A DNA stretch of 64,000 bases, taken from Elsinoe ampelina. Lineage: Eukaryota. Below are positions 34,742-49,784 of the stretch, piece after piece. The translations under genes and the position numbers were made by a program. The notes beneath the pieces were generated by a model. The model was not told the origin of the DNA and did no database searches. It was given only the letters and a program-made list of their open reading frames with translations. Numbering within the stretch: position 1 is the stretch's first letter; every line of letters begins with the position of its first letter. Location of the stretch: contig ML992504.1 of assembly GCA_010093995.1 (NCBI GenBank), forward strand, positions 248,001-312,000. Direction: 5' to 3'.

Positions 34742-37700
34742 GAGAGAAAATATAGATAGTAATTGCTCGTTACTAACGCCAAATTAAGCAAAAATTGAAG
34801 CTAAAATAAGATATAATAGAGTACTAGTATAGATTAAGCTAGTAGTTATAGCTCGTAAGTATACTACTATATAGACTAGCTATTATACTAGCTATATAAA
34901 GAGACTCTCTAGAGTAGCGTAGGAGGCGATAGAGATAGGCTCTAGCCTTCTAGCGTTATTACTACTATTATTACTACTAGTAAGGTAATTATTATAGTTA
35001 CTAACTCTCTCCTTAAGCTCTCTAGATAAGGTAGAAAAGTACCTCTACTAAGAACTAATAATTAGGCTATATACCCTAGTACCTTAAGTACCTCTAGTAG
35101 TAGCTTATCTAAGTGTTTTAAATACTAACTAAGCTCTTAAGCGACTTACTAAGTAAGCTAGACACTATACCTTCTAAGCTATAGTATAACTAGTACACTT
35201 CTAGATTAGATTAATACTAGTAAGAGACTAGCTAAGGTAGTTAGTTAAAGAGGTAGATATAATATAAGAGAAGGCTATATAAGTACTAGAGTTATTATAG
35301 ATACTAAAGTTACTAGAAAGTAATCTAAATAACTTAGATACTCTATATTATAGTTATAAGGTAGAGGTAAAGTTAGTAGTAAAGTAAGGTAGTAAGATAC
35401 TATTTAATAATAAGTATATATTTAAGAAGACTATTAATATTAGCTAGTTATTAATCTTAGAGTAGTTACTAGAAAAGGCTAGCCTTATTACTTAAGCTTA
35501 ACTTAATTTAGAAATAATTAAGAACTAGCTACTCCTCTACTTAGAGAAGTATTATATATAGTACTTATTTCTAAAACTCTATCTTAAACTTTAGTAAGTA
35601 ATTATAAATTACTATACTATACCTCTAATAAGAGAAGGTCTTATTATCTTAGGATCTATACTAGAGTATAACCTATAGAGTATAGGTAAGCTATAGAACT
35701 ATTATAATTACTTAGCTAGATATAGCTAAAAGCTATAATATAAGGATTAATATAAAGAAAAGTTAGCCTCTAAGAAAAACTTTTTCTATAAGTTAGAAGT
35801 TAAATACTACTTCTATAAGAAGATAAGCTATTATATAAATAAGTATAGAAAGAAAGTCTAACTCTTAGATACTAATAAGAAGCTTATTACTTATATAAGA
35901 TAGGCCTAAGGAAAAGGCTAAGTCTTATAGTTACTTCTAGAACTATAAGGTATAAAGCTATTAATATTTTACTAGAGATATATTATATCTATATTATAAT
36001 AGAAGTAACTAGAGTTAACTATAAAGTAGAAGTTATTCTAGATCTTTAAGTAGAGGTTAGCCTTATTAGCTAGTATATAGTAATTAAGATAAACCTTAAC
36101 TTAGTACTAAGTAACTTATCTTACCTAGCCTAGGTAAAGTTAAAAAGGAAAGCTATATATACTATATATAAGATATAGGTAATACTTACTAATAACTAAG
36201 GTATAATATACTAGGTTAAAACTATTACTTATAGAGTAGATAAAGAAGAGCTAGAGCTACTCTTAGGTAACTCCTTCTTATAAAGAGAAGCTATATAGCT
36301 AGACTATAGATAGTAGACTTAGGCTTAGAGTATTAAAGATAAGTTATATATCTAGATAGTAATAATCTAGTAGCTAGAATAAGAGGAGAGCTATATATAC
36401 TTCTTAGGTATAGTTTATAGTAATCCCTAAAGTAAGAAAGTTATTATTTATATCTAAATTACTAGTATCTCCTAGGAAAATTAAGTACTAGATATATTAT
36501 TAAACTACTAGAATATCTTTAATATTAATACTACTAAAATCCTACCTACTACTAAAGAAGAGAATTATTAAATTCTTATTATACTAGGTAAAGAGCTACT
36601 TTATAGCCTACTCTATAACTTCTCTTTATATAAGCTTAAGGTATTATAATTATACCTTAAAGATATACTTAAGAAGGGCTAGATTCGTTATAGTATAAGC
36701 CTAGTAAAGGTACCTATTCTATTTATACTAAAGAAGAATAGTACTTTTCGTTTATATATTAACTATAGAAGCCTTAACTTTATTACTATAAAGAATTACT
36801 ATCTACTTTCTTTAATTAGTAAGATACTAGACTACCTATTAGATATATATTACTATATAACTCTAGATTTAAAAGATACTTATAATAGAATTTATATTAG
36901 CCTAGGAGATAAGTAAAAGACTATCTTTAAAATATATTATAGCTATTTTAAATACTTAGTTATACCTTTTAGGCTTACTAATATACCTACTACCTTCTAT
37001 GCCTATATTAACTAGACTCTTAGAGGATTAGTAGACTATCTATATATAGTATATCTAAATAATATTCTTATCTATACTTATAGTAAAGATCTAAATATCT
37101 ACTAGTAAGTAGTAAGTACTATTCTTAAATAGTTAAGATAAGCTAAACTATTTATAAACCTATTTAAGTATATCTTTACTATAAAGTAGATATTCTTCTT
37201 AGAGTTTATTATAGATATATAAGGTATCTATACTAATCTTATATAAGTAGTAACTATCTCTAGATAGCCTTAACTAACTAGCGTTAAGAAGCTTTAGTTA
37301 TTTCTTAGCTTTACTAACTTCTATTATAAATTTATTTAGAATTATATAAAGCTAATAGCCTCTATAATAGATCTCTTAAAGAAGAAGTAATTTACCTTTA
37401 TATAGCTAAAAGCTATAGAAGCTAGCTTTATTTAGCTAAAAGTATACTTTATAGAAGTACCTTTACTATAATATTTTAACCCCTAGCTACTAATACGCCT
37501 AGAGATAGATATATTAACCTTTATAGTAGTAGGTATTCTCTTCTAGCTATATAAAGATAAGAAATAGTACTTAGTTACCTTTATCTCTAAGAAGCTCTAA
37601 AGAGCTAAGTATATCTAGGAGATATATAACTAAGAACTATACGTAATTATTTACTACTTTAAGTAGTAGCGTTACTACCTTAAAGGTACTTAGTATACTA

Positions 37701-39980
37701 TATAGGTTCTAAGTAACTATAATAACCTACGAGGTATATATAATATAAGTAAGCTTAACTTACGCTAGGTATAATAAGTATTCTACCTAAGAGCCTTTAA
37801 CTTTAAAGTCTAGTATTACTCTAGTAAGTTAAATCTAGCTAATAGGTCCTTAAGAAGAGTAAACTACTTTAAAGAGAATTATATACTTATAAGATTACTC
37901 TCTACCTTATAATATAAGCTAAACTTAGTAAGTAAACTAGGATTAGATCTAGTTACTATAAGAGTATAACTTATTAGTAAAATTAGCTCTACTCTTTAGT
38001 ATAGCTTAGAGGTTATAGGTTAATAGCCTATAACTTATAAATATAGATCTAGCCTAACTACTAGTACTATAGAATATATACTATATATACTATACTATCT
38101 AGCGAAAGTACTTATTACTAGTAAACTTATATTAGTAAGAGATACTTTAATATTATAGACTATCTATATACTTTAGTAGAAGGATACTTTTACTTTAAAG
38201 CGTATAGCTAATCTAGAGTAGAAAGAGTATACCTAAAGTAGTAAGAAGTTACTAGTATAATATAAATATAAAGATAAAACTCTTATATATAAGAGTAAGC
38301 TTTATATTCTTAATAAACTAAGTCTAAGATAAGAAATCTTATATTAATACTATAACTCTTATATAGCTAGCTACTATAGCGCTATAAAAATATATAATCT
38401 AATTAGTAGATACTACTACTAGCTATTATTAGATTAAGAAGTATATAAGTATATTAAATTATATAGTACTTACTAAAGGTTAAAAGTACTAAGGTATATA
38501 CTATATAGTAAGCTATTATCTCTACCTATTTCTTTTAATATCTTTAAAGAAGTTATACTAGACTTTATTATAAAGCTCTCCTCTATAATATATAATAGAA
38601 GTATATATAATATAATCTTAGTAATTTATAATAGATTATTAAAACTAGTAATCTATATTATAGCTAAGGAAATATAGACTATAAAAGACTTTATAGATAT
38701 TTACTTTAAGTATATAATTTATAAATATAGTATATAAGAAAGAATTATATTAGATAGAGAATCTCTATTTATAAGCTAATTCTAGACTAAAATTTGCTAT
38801 TAACTATAGGTAAAGTATAGGTTAAGTATAGCTTTTTATCTATAAACTAATAGATAAATAAAATACTAGAATTAGATACTTAAATACTACCTTTAAGTAT
38901 TTATAAGAGAGTATCTTAAAGATTAGCTAAATTTACTTTATATAGCTAAGTTTATATATAATAACTTAATATATATAGTAATAAAAGAAATACTATTCTT
39001 TATTATTCTAGAAAAGTATCTAATTCTCTATAACTTACCTAAGAATAAGTAGCTAGAGAGGAAAGTACTAGTAGCTATATAATAAGTATAAAATATATAT
39101 ATACTATAAGTAACTCTTTAAGAGCGCTTAAAGGCTATAGCTAAGTATTAAACCTAGTACTATAATAAGAAGTATATCCTAATAAAGTTTAAGCTAAAGA
39201 ACTTAGTATAGCTAAACTTAAAGAACCTTAAGCTTAAAGCTCTAAGTAGGAAGCTAATAGACAAATTTATAGGCCTATTTCGTATTAAAGAAGTAATTAA
39301 CTCTTAGGTATGTTACCTATAGCTACTAAGCTTTTATTATATATATAATATATTTTATATATCTCTTCTAAAGCTCTTTTACTCTAGGAAAGGAAAAGAA
39401 TTACTAAATATAAAAACTCTAGAGTTAGTAAAAGATAAAGAATAAGTTTAGTATATAGAGAAGATCCTTATAAAGTATACTATATATATAGAAAAGAAGA
39501 AATATTTACTTAAGTAAGAAAAGTATAATAAAACTAAAAGCTTATAGATAAAGAAAAAGAACTTTAAGAAAATAAATAACTTATTAAGGAAGTTTAGAGA
39601 AAGTAGTAAGTATAGCTAGAGTTAAGAGAAGAATAAGTAACTTAGTAGTAAATAGTAAATAACTTATAGTAATACTATTATATACTTATAATAAGATACT
39701 TAGTACTAGAGACTTTAGCTTTATAACTTTAATAGAAATATTAGCTTAAGAATTAAGACTATCTATTTCTATCTATAGCTCTTTAGCTTAGTATCTTTAT
39801 AAGAATAATACTAGAAATACCTATACTATATATACTTTCTATAGCTAACCTATAAGTAATAAGCGTAATAACTACTTATTATTCTTATTCTCCTTAATAA
39901 TAATATCTAAGTTATTCTCTTTATCCTAGCTATACTATTAGTAAGTAATTAATATAATATATAATAGTAATTATACTATA

Positions 39981-40190
39981 TAATATAAGATAGATTATAA
40001 ACTAGATTTAGTTAGGATCTAGTTTAGATTAGTTATATAATCTTAGTATTATAGCCTAGGCTTCTAGCTACTCTACTCTCGATATTATATATACTTTATA
40101 TACTAGCTTTCTTCTTCTTCTTCTAAGTCTTAATATCTTAATAAATAGACATAATTAACTTCTTATCTTACTAGTTGTAATTACTATATC
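39981..40190 (+). repeat. 5' LTR of element B
   Basis: Colinear direct repeat of 46012-46221. Differences are mostly transitions. Confidence 0.9.
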
Positions 40191-43100
40191 GAGACTTTAA
40201 ACGACTATAACTAAGTAATAGAGCTATTAAACTATCTAGCTATTCTACTACTTACGTAACTACTAATAACTACTACTTATAAAGAACTAAAGAATTAAAG
40301 AAGAAGCTATTATAACTATAGTTCCTATGTATACTATAATAGATCCTTACTACTACTATATAGGTCGATACTATAAATATAAGAAGAAGGTAATAAGTTA
40401 AGTTATAGACGACTCTTAAAGGAAGTAGGCTACTTTAATATTCCCTTTGTTACGTATTAACTTTTTATACTATTCTATTTATAACTAACTATACTAAGTA
40501 TAGCTTACTCTAACTATAGTAATAATAACTATTATATAAGTAAGATCCCTCTATCCTCTACTAATAATAATAATAAACCTATTTAGTTATTTTATTATAA
40601 CCTTATCTACCTTAATAACTCTAACCTAAAGAAGAGATTATAAGAGTTAAATAGTATAACTACTCTACGTAAGGCCTTTACCTTTATTAAGTCTACCTAT
40701 AATAAATAGGTTACTATATATAACTTAGTATATACTAATACTCTTAATCTATATAACTAGTTAGATAACGTCCTAATTAAACTAGATATAGCTAATAGTA
40801 CTACTAACAATCTTACTACTTAAGCTATATACTACCTTACTAATATTAGTAAACTTAAAACTAAACTAGCCTAGCTAAGAGCTAAGATAGAATACACTAT
40901 ACTAGCTTCTTCTATACGCGGTACTATACTATCTAAAAAGATACTAGACTCTACTATCTTCTCTAGTAGTACTCTAGAATAGTTTAAAGTCTTTAAGTAT
41001 TAGATAAAAAATAAGATATATACTAACGCTAACTACTTCTCTACTAAAGCTACTTAGTTTACTTACCTTTACTTACGCCTCTCTAGCGAAGTATATATCC
41101 TTATTATAGACTTTGCTAGTAATAATATTCTTAATATTAAAGCTACTCTTAGTATCTTAGTCTAGCGCTTTAAGGACTCTAACTATAAAGCTACTATATA
41201 TGCTTAGTTTACTAGCCTTTTTTAGTATAATATCTCTTTTAACTTCTTTATTAGTAAGTTTAATAAGTATACTTTCTATACTAAGATTACTAAAGATAAA
41301 TAGCTCTACTAGCTTTACTAGAAGATATCTAGTAAGCTACGTACTACCCTTATTAATTTTAATATTAATAGCCTCTTTATCTTTATTATAAAGACCTACG
41401 CTACTAATTATAATATTTAGTAGAGTAACCTTATTACTAAGCGTACTTAAGCCCTACGCTCTATACTAGCTATAAGCTATACTACTACTATACTAACTTA
41501 TATAGCTTATTTTACCTCTATATCTACTACTCTAGCTACCTTCTACTCTACTACTAGAAGTACTTTATAACCTTACTACCTAACTTAGACACTTACTTAC
41601 TATATATATAGTAAGCCTAGCTATATCTCTACTAAATGTATAGCTAGCGCCTTAGAGAAGGTAGCCTATACTATAATATATTCTATATATATTAGTACTA
41701 TAGAAGAGATATAGTAGCTCTAGAATTACCTAGCCGAATTAGGTAACTAAGTTAACACTAGTTTAGCTTATAAACTAGATCTATTTTAGCCTTAGTTTAA
41801 TCCCGAAATAGACTATAAGTCTACTAACTTCTCTAGCTAGAGAAATAAGTAGCTAAAGGATAAGTTCTATTCTCTAGTAGAATAAGAGTAATTCGAGATA
41901 GATCTAAAGGTATATACTTAATAAACAGCGTTATTAGCTACTATATCTCTACTATTATAATTCCTATTACTATTTATAACTCCTATAACTACTCGCGTAC
42001 TATTATACTTTAAGCCTTTATTAATACTAGTATACTTATTAGCGCTATAGTTAATTATAATATTCTTAATAAGCTAAAGAGCTTCGGCTACCTCGTAGTA
42101 CTAGCTAGTCCTATTTAGCTTTAAGCCTATAATAGTGTTTTAATAGAGTAAGTTATATATAGTATTTCTCTTACTACTACTATTTCTAGTAAGCTAAATA
42201 ACCTTACTACCTTTCGTATTATAGATATTAGCTAATTTAACATTATTCTTAGCCTTAGCTAGCTTAAGGCTAATAGAGCTACTATTAACTATAAGTATAG
42301 CTAAGTTATATATAAAGAAGAGTTTTTACTAATAGTTATTAAGTAGAAGCTACTATAGCTAATTAAAAGGCTAGAATCTAGATCTAAGCCTAGCTTAGAT
42401 CTAGGAATCTAGCTTAGTAAAGCTACCGTTTTAGTTTAGAATTAGTTTAGTTCTAGTTTAATATATAAACTAGGTTCTAGCTTAGCTACTAAGATAGAGT
42501 AAACTAGACTATATCGACTACTAGCTCTTAGGTCGAACTTTAAGCTAAATTAGAGAGAGCTTAAGCTAATCTCCTATAGTACTTAGTTAATATATAAGTT
42601 CTTCTATATACTTACTTACGTAAGTAATACTAAGTAAGAAGAGCTAACTATTACTTTTATTAGCGCTACTACCTTTATATTAGTAGCTAAATACTAAAAG
42701 AATAAGCTGTTTATAATCTTAGTAAAGAATATTAAAGATTACTACTAAATAGCCTCTAAGCTAGAACTAGACTCTATAGTAGTTCTCTCTCTAAAGAGCT
42801 ATATAAATTTACTAATGTCTTCTCTAAGAAGTAATCTAATATACTACCTCTCTATTAGCTAGGATTTAATAACTAGATTATACTTAAGAATAGTACTAAA
42901 CTACTACGTACGGAACTTCTATAGTACCTATTCTCTAAGAAGCTTAATATAGTAGAGTAATTTATCTATAAATACCTTAATAAAGGCTTTATTATACTAA
43001 GCTTTACTAGCTATTCCTTACCTATTCTTTTTATTTATAAGCTAGGTAGAGAGCTTTGTCTCTATATTAATTATTATAGACTAAATAAGATAACTAAGTA

Positions 43101-46011
43101 AGATATCTACTCTCTATCTCTTATTAAGGAAATACTTATATACGTAAGTAAGGCTAAGTAGTTTAGTAAGATTAATATCTATTAAGCCTTCTACTACCTC
43201 TATAACTCTATTAATAGCAAGGATCTTACTATATTCTTTATATATATAAGTAACTTTAAGTAGTTAGTAATACCTTTTAGCTTTACTAACGCCTCTATAG
43301 TATAGTAGAGATTTATAAATTATAACTTTATTAATATCCTAAAGTACTTCGTATTAATCTATCTTAATAATATACTTATCTATACTAATAGCTCTTACTA
43401 TAAGTATACTAAGTATATTAAGCTAGTACTCTAGAGACTCTATAAATTAGGCCTAAATACTAATATTAAGAAGAGTAAGTTCTACCTAATAAAAGTAAAG
43501 TACCTTAGTATTATTATTAGCTAAGATAGAGTTAAGATAGATCCTAAGAAGATAGAAGCTATTTAAGCATAGAAGTAGCTAGCTTCTAGTAATACTACTT
43601 AGGTAAGAAGCTTTATTAGTTTCTATAGCTATTATTACTACTTTATTAAGGGATTTAGTACTATTACTAAGCTACTAAATAATCTACTTAAGAAGGACGC
43701 CTTACTCTAGAATAATAAGTATACTATAGTATTTAATTATATAAAGTATACTATTACTACTATACTAGTCCTTACTTACTTTAACTATTTAAAATAGATA
43801 GTCCTTAAGACTAATATATCTAATACTACTACTACTAGAGTTCTATTATAATATAATAGGTCTAACGTTCTTTAGCCTATTACCTTTTTTAGTAAGTCTA
43901 TAAGTAAAGCTAAGCGTAACTATACTATCTATAATAAGGAATTGCTAGCTATTATCTAAGCTTTTAAGAAATAGGCCCCTAAGCTTATAAGTACTTAATC
44001 TAATAAGGCTATCTATGTCCTTACTAACTACTAATCCTTAATATACTTTATAAAGACTTAAAAGCTATTACGCCACTAAGTACGCTAGGCTCTCTACCTT
44101 ATATAGTTTAACTTTAAGATTATATATAGGCCTAGTGCTATAAATAGTAAAGCTAATACACTTATAAGGAGAAATAGAGATATACTATACTTAAAGAAAG
44201 ACTCTAACCTTCGCTAGATACTACTACTATATAAAGTACTTAATTAGTATATTATTAATAAGCTATATCTAGGCCGTATCTAAACTAGACTAGTAACTTA
44301 AGCTAAACTAAGAACTAGTTTAGCTACTAAACTAGAATCTAGTCTACAAACTAAACTAAAATCTAGTTTATAAGCTAGTTCGCTACCTACTTTACTACCT
44401 ATATTAACGCCTATTTCGGCCGCTAGACTAGGTATCTATATAGTACCTATCTTAGCTATAGAAGAACTTTTACCCCTTTTCGAAAAAGTAGCTAAAGCTA
44501 ACTTATAGAACACTAAGTGTAAAATAGTTTAAGGTATCTACTATATAATAGAGGCCTTCCCGAAGAGGAAATAGCTACTATTAACTAATGTTACTATTAA
44601 TAAAAGAATATTATAGGTCGCTAGCTAATTATTCGTACTATAGTTAATAGCTATAAAGGTTATCTAAGAGGTCTATATATCGAAGAACTATATATATACT
44701 AGAGCTACTAAAATAGCTACTATAATTAAGACTACCTTTTATATTCTAGGCTATAATAACTTTATTAAGAGGTTTATTACTAATTACTATAACTATAAAT
44801 GCTTAAAGGCTTACTATAGCTTACTAGCTAGCCTTCTATTACTATTACCTATTCTAGAGAGGCCCTAGTAATATATTACTATAGACTTTATTACTAGTTT
44901 ACCTTTAGTAGATAGCTATAATATAGTACTCTATATTATTAACTACCTATCTAAGGAACGACACTTAATCCTCTACTTCTCTAGAGAAGGTAGTACTTTA
45001 GTATTTAAAACGGCTAAGCTATTATTCTTCTACGTATAGAAACTATATAGTCTACTAAATAATATTACTTTAGATTATAGCTCTTAGTTCGTTAGCGACG
45101 TATAGAAGAGGCTCTACTAAATTCTAAAGATTACTACTAAACTGTCTACTATAGAGTATCTATAAATAGATAGCTAATTAGAGGTTATAAATTATAAGTT
45201 TAAGCGAGTTATTTACTTATATACTATACGCTTTAGTAATTAGACTCTTATTCTACTAGTTATAGAATTCTCTACTAATATTAACCTATTAGAGAGTACT
45301 AAGCTATTACTATTCGAGGTTACTAGAGGATATAAGCTAAGGCTAAGCTTCTAGCTCCTTTCTAATATACTATTAATAAGAGCTAAGCTAAATAAGGCTA
45401 ACATCTACGTACTTACTAAATAACTAGAAGAAGTACTAGCTATTACTAAAGCTAACCTTACTATTGCCTAATTATATATAGTAGAATAAGCTAATAAACA
45501 CTACTAGCTAATAGAGTTCGAGGTAGGCGACTTAGTATAGTTATTAACGAAAAACCTCTAGCTATAGAGTAATCTAAAATTGCTACTAAAGTATATTAGT
45601 TCTTATAAGATTCTTAAAAAACAATTACTATTAGTATATAAGCTTAATCTACTAGTAGTACTATAGAGGATCTACTTAGTATTCTATACTAACCTCCTTA
45701 GTAAATACCTAAATAACTCTCTACTAGACTAAGCCTTTAAGGAACTACCTCTAGTAGAAGTTAATAGTAAAGAGAAGTACGAGATAGATAATATAGTTAA
45801 TATATATATACTATATAGTAAGCTAGTTACTTATATAAGCTAAAAAGGCTATCTAGAGAACCTTACCTAGTAGCTAATTAACAATCTTAAAGGAGTAGCT
45901 AATATACTTTATAACTATCTAGATACTTATATAGATAAGCTAAGGCCGAGATAGATTAACAAATAATATATAATAGTGTTTAAGAGTAAATATATTTAAG
46001 AGAGAAAGTAG

Positions 46012-46221
46012 TAATATAAGATAGATTACAAACTAGATTTAGTTAGGATCTAGTTTAGATTAGTTATATAATCTTAGTATTATAGCCTAGACTTTCGGCC
46101 GCTCTACTCTTAATATTATATGTACTTTATATACTAGCTTTCTTCTTCTTCTTCTAAGTCTTAATATCTTAATAAATAGACGTAATTAACTTCTTATCTT
46201 ACTAGTCGTAATTACTATATC
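46012..46221 (+). repeat. 3' LTR of element B
   Basis: Direct repeat of 39981-40190, preceded by the purine tract AAGAGAGAAAG. Confidence 0.9.
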
Positions 46222-49200
46222 TATCTAGTTATTAGTATCTTTATTACTTAAACTACTAAACTTCTTACTATTATTACTCCTCTTACTTCTATCTTTCTTA
46301 TTATTCTAAACTATAAGATTAGTAAGTAGTATAGATAATAGGTAGGCGCTAGCTTATATTACTATTCTTACTATTATTACTATCCTTATTATCTCTATTC
46401 TCTCTATTCTCCCTATCTCTATTAAGGCTAGAGCTATCTCTATCTCTATTACTATTATTACTACCTCTACTACCCTAGCTATAATATTAGTATATAATAT
46501 AGATAATAGATAGGTACGAACTTACGCTACTACCTCTACTACTATTACCTCTATTACCTCTATTACTATTACCTCTATTACTACTACCTCTACCTCTACT
46601 ACTACTACTACCCCTAGGACTACTACTAGGCCTAAAGTATAGATAAGGCCTACTACTAGGAGTACTACTACTAAACCTAAGAGGACTAGGCTATTCTAGC
46701 TATTAGTATATAAACTAGAAGTAAGTAAAGTATAAACTTATATAGCTAAACTACTAAATAGCTATCTATTCTAGAATATTAGTAATTCTCCTCTACTCTA
46801 ATAGCTATAGCCTTTCTATATTAGAGCTAGACTTAGGTACCTTAGTTAGTATTTCTAAGAGATTTTCTCTAAGAGCTATAATATACCTATAATACTTAAG
46901 CTACTAGGTAAAGATACGCTAGACACGCGTAAGAGCTAAGCCTATATACTAGATAGTAGAGTCTTAACCTCTTCTATTCCTAGGAAAGGTACTAGTATTA
47001 ATAGCCTAGATATAGGTATTATAGAACTAGTATACGTACTTAATATAACTATTAAATATAATAGAAACTTAAGCATATTAGTAATATTATAGAAAAGTAT
47101 TACTTAGTAAAAGTCCTTACTAGGGTATAGAAAGACCTATTACTACTAGTATAGTAGTTACACCTTTTAAGGTCTAGTCTACTATAAGCTATACTATACT
47201 TTATAATCTTATATATATAGTATATATAAGTTAGTATATAAGACATAGTTATATCGTAAGTAACTTAGTAGTAGAAAGTATAGTTATAGGTACGACTAAG
47301 AGTAGTAGAGCTAATATATATTAGTCTACTAAAGGTAACTATAATAGGTAAAGAAGGTATAGTATATATAATAAGTATTATTAAGGAAGTTAAGAAGTAT
47401 AGGTATATTATAGAAATATATTTTAGCTATGTTTATTATTATTATTCTACGTAATAAAGGTAGTTCTAGTACTAAGGGCCTAGGAGGTAAAAATCCTAAA
47501 TAAAGCTTAAATAAAGTATATATTACTTACCTTTCTAGAAGTAATAAAGCTATAATAACCTTATAAACTATATATAGACTATATAAAAATTATATAAGGG
47601 ATATAAGTAAATAAAGTAGTAATACTAGATACTCTTTTCCTATAATAGTTATAAAGGCTAATAGGTTTTTATCGAGGCTAGCTACTAAGAATATTAGCTT
47701 AGAGAAGAAGGTAATATTATAAGGATTTTTAGAGATAAGGTATAAGCTTCTAATTAGGTATAAGGATCTAGTAGAGTCTAGCTAGCTTAGATAGCCTATA
47801 TATATAGGCTCTAATCTTACTATATACTAGCTAAGGAAGATAGTTTCCTTAAGTATTATTTATACTACTAATCGAGAGCTATCCTTATACTACTATAAGT
47901 TAATTATTATATATACTTACTAGTATTAATATAATCTACCTCTAATAGCTATATAGTATAAGAAGTATCTCTTTAAGCGCTTCTCTAATACCTCTAATAC
48001 TAATACTAGCGCTACTAGTACTACTAGCGCCTTCGATAACCTCTATTAACTATATTAATATTACTAATATAATTGCTCTAAGCTCTTATATATACTCTAC
48101 GCCTTCTTCTACTAATATAAGATTCTTACCTATTACCTTAAAGGCTAATTCTTATAAGGTATTAACTAAATTTTTTAACTAGTTAAAGAGTAAGAGAAGC
48201 TTTAAAAGCAATATTAAGCTATTATCTTAAGTCGAATTTAAGCTAAAAAAGAAGAACTATAATCTTAATAGAGTAAGAGGTATTTACGTAGATAGATAGA
48301 AAGATACTTAGGTCTTTAATAAAGGTCTTCTTTACTAGATTTAACACTAGATAAGCCTCTTTAAGCGCTAGTACTATACTAAGATACTTAAAAGAGCTAG
48401 GGTAGATTAATATAAGTAATATTAGTGCCTATCTTAGTAGCTAAACTAGATAAGCTACCTATCTTATAGCTTAGCTAAATAGCTATTTTACTAGCTAAGA
48501 TAGGTAGCTTATCTCTACTAGCTAGTAAATTAAGTATTAATCTAGTTTAGCTACTAAGGTAGATTAATTAATCTAACTTAGAGAGGTATAAAGGTAATAT
48601 AGAAAAGAGAGGTAGCTATAAAGAGTTTTTACTGTTTTTTAGTATTAAATTATTTAATATAAGTAATCTTTTATAAGCTAATATAGATCTCCTATAACTT
48701 TATACTATATCTATAGCTCTTAAAGTATATCTTAGTATACTATCTACTATATACTACTACTACTAGCTCTAAGAAATTAGTATAATTATTGTAGCTATTA
48801 ATAAGATTATAGTATTACTTTACTTATACTTTTAATACTATAAATAACTACTCGATTAGATTAAAATCTAGTAAATATAGTAGTAGGTATTTAAGGTAAC
48901 TTCTATACTCTTATACTAGCTCTTTTACCTTATTATACTAGTAGATTAATATATTATCTATTACTAGAATTATACTAGCTAGTAACTCTAGTAATATTAT
49001 ATCTCTTAGCTAGCTAATAAAGATATTACTAGTAATTAATCTATAGTAGATTAAGGTACTAGAAAGATAGCTATTAATAGATATAGCTAGTAAAATACTC
49101 TACCTCTTACTATGCTACTTTAGCTAGATATCTATATACTTTTTACCTACTAGTAACTAGCTATATCTTCTCTATACTATCTATTTATTATAAACTAACT

Positions 49201-49784
49201 CGTTAATATAGATAATATACTTTACTAGCTATAGCTTATACTAATAGCTCTAGTTCTCTCTTAGCACTATATCTCTCTTTACCGCTATCTTCTTAGCTAC
49301 CTTCTAACTCTACTACTAGTAGTAAATTATCCTCTAGATAGTACTTATCGATACTTAGTAGTTATAAATCTCTAGTAAGAAGTTTTAAATTTTGTTAATA
49401 TAAGTAGTAGAAATATTATTAAGGTAGGCTATTACGTCCTTAATAAGGTTAGTAGAGAAAGAGCTTAGCTAGATAAGGCTTATATCTTCTTTCTATTATA
49501 AGAAAGTATAAGGCTATAAAGTATAAGTATCAACTAGTAGATAAGAAGTACTAAAGAACTTAAGAGATAGATAGATTTAATAAATAGTAGCTCTAGTAAC
49601 TTTAGTAGTATAATATATACTATAGTTAGTATACCCCTTAGTAAGTAAGAACTATACCTCTGCTAGCTTAATTAAAGTAATTTAATAGTTAACTATAATA
49701 GTAATACTTTAATTTAAGTAGTATAGCTATTATTATACCTTTTTAGAGCTTTAATTTAGCTTTAATTCGATAGTACTCTATCTA

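Larger units (their letters stand above)
39981..46221 (+). mobile_element. Full-length Ty3/Gypsy chromovirus element B, RIP-inactivated
   Basis: Paired ~210-bp LTRs. Zinc knuckle ~41590, MPFGLTNAP ~43268, YLDDIL ~43360, RNase H ~43805, integrase ~44880, chromodomain ~45775, purine tract before the 3' LTR. Confidence 0.9.
35480..47557 (+). mobile_element. Ty3/Gypsy element A, RIP-inactivated, 5'-truncated, interrupted by element B
   Basis: Motifs read after mentally reversing RIP: gag zinc knuckle ~35802, RT PILFVPKK..LCVDYRGLN ~36710-36780, YLDDIL ~37052, RNase H ETDAS ~37502, integrase ~38550, chromodomain ~39440. Probable 3' LTR ~46996-47557. Boundaries are approximate. Confidence 0.7.

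Noticed and set aside
41200..41391. 63-aa hydrophobic ORF in the AT-rich block
   Set aside because: A chance product of RIPed gag sequence.
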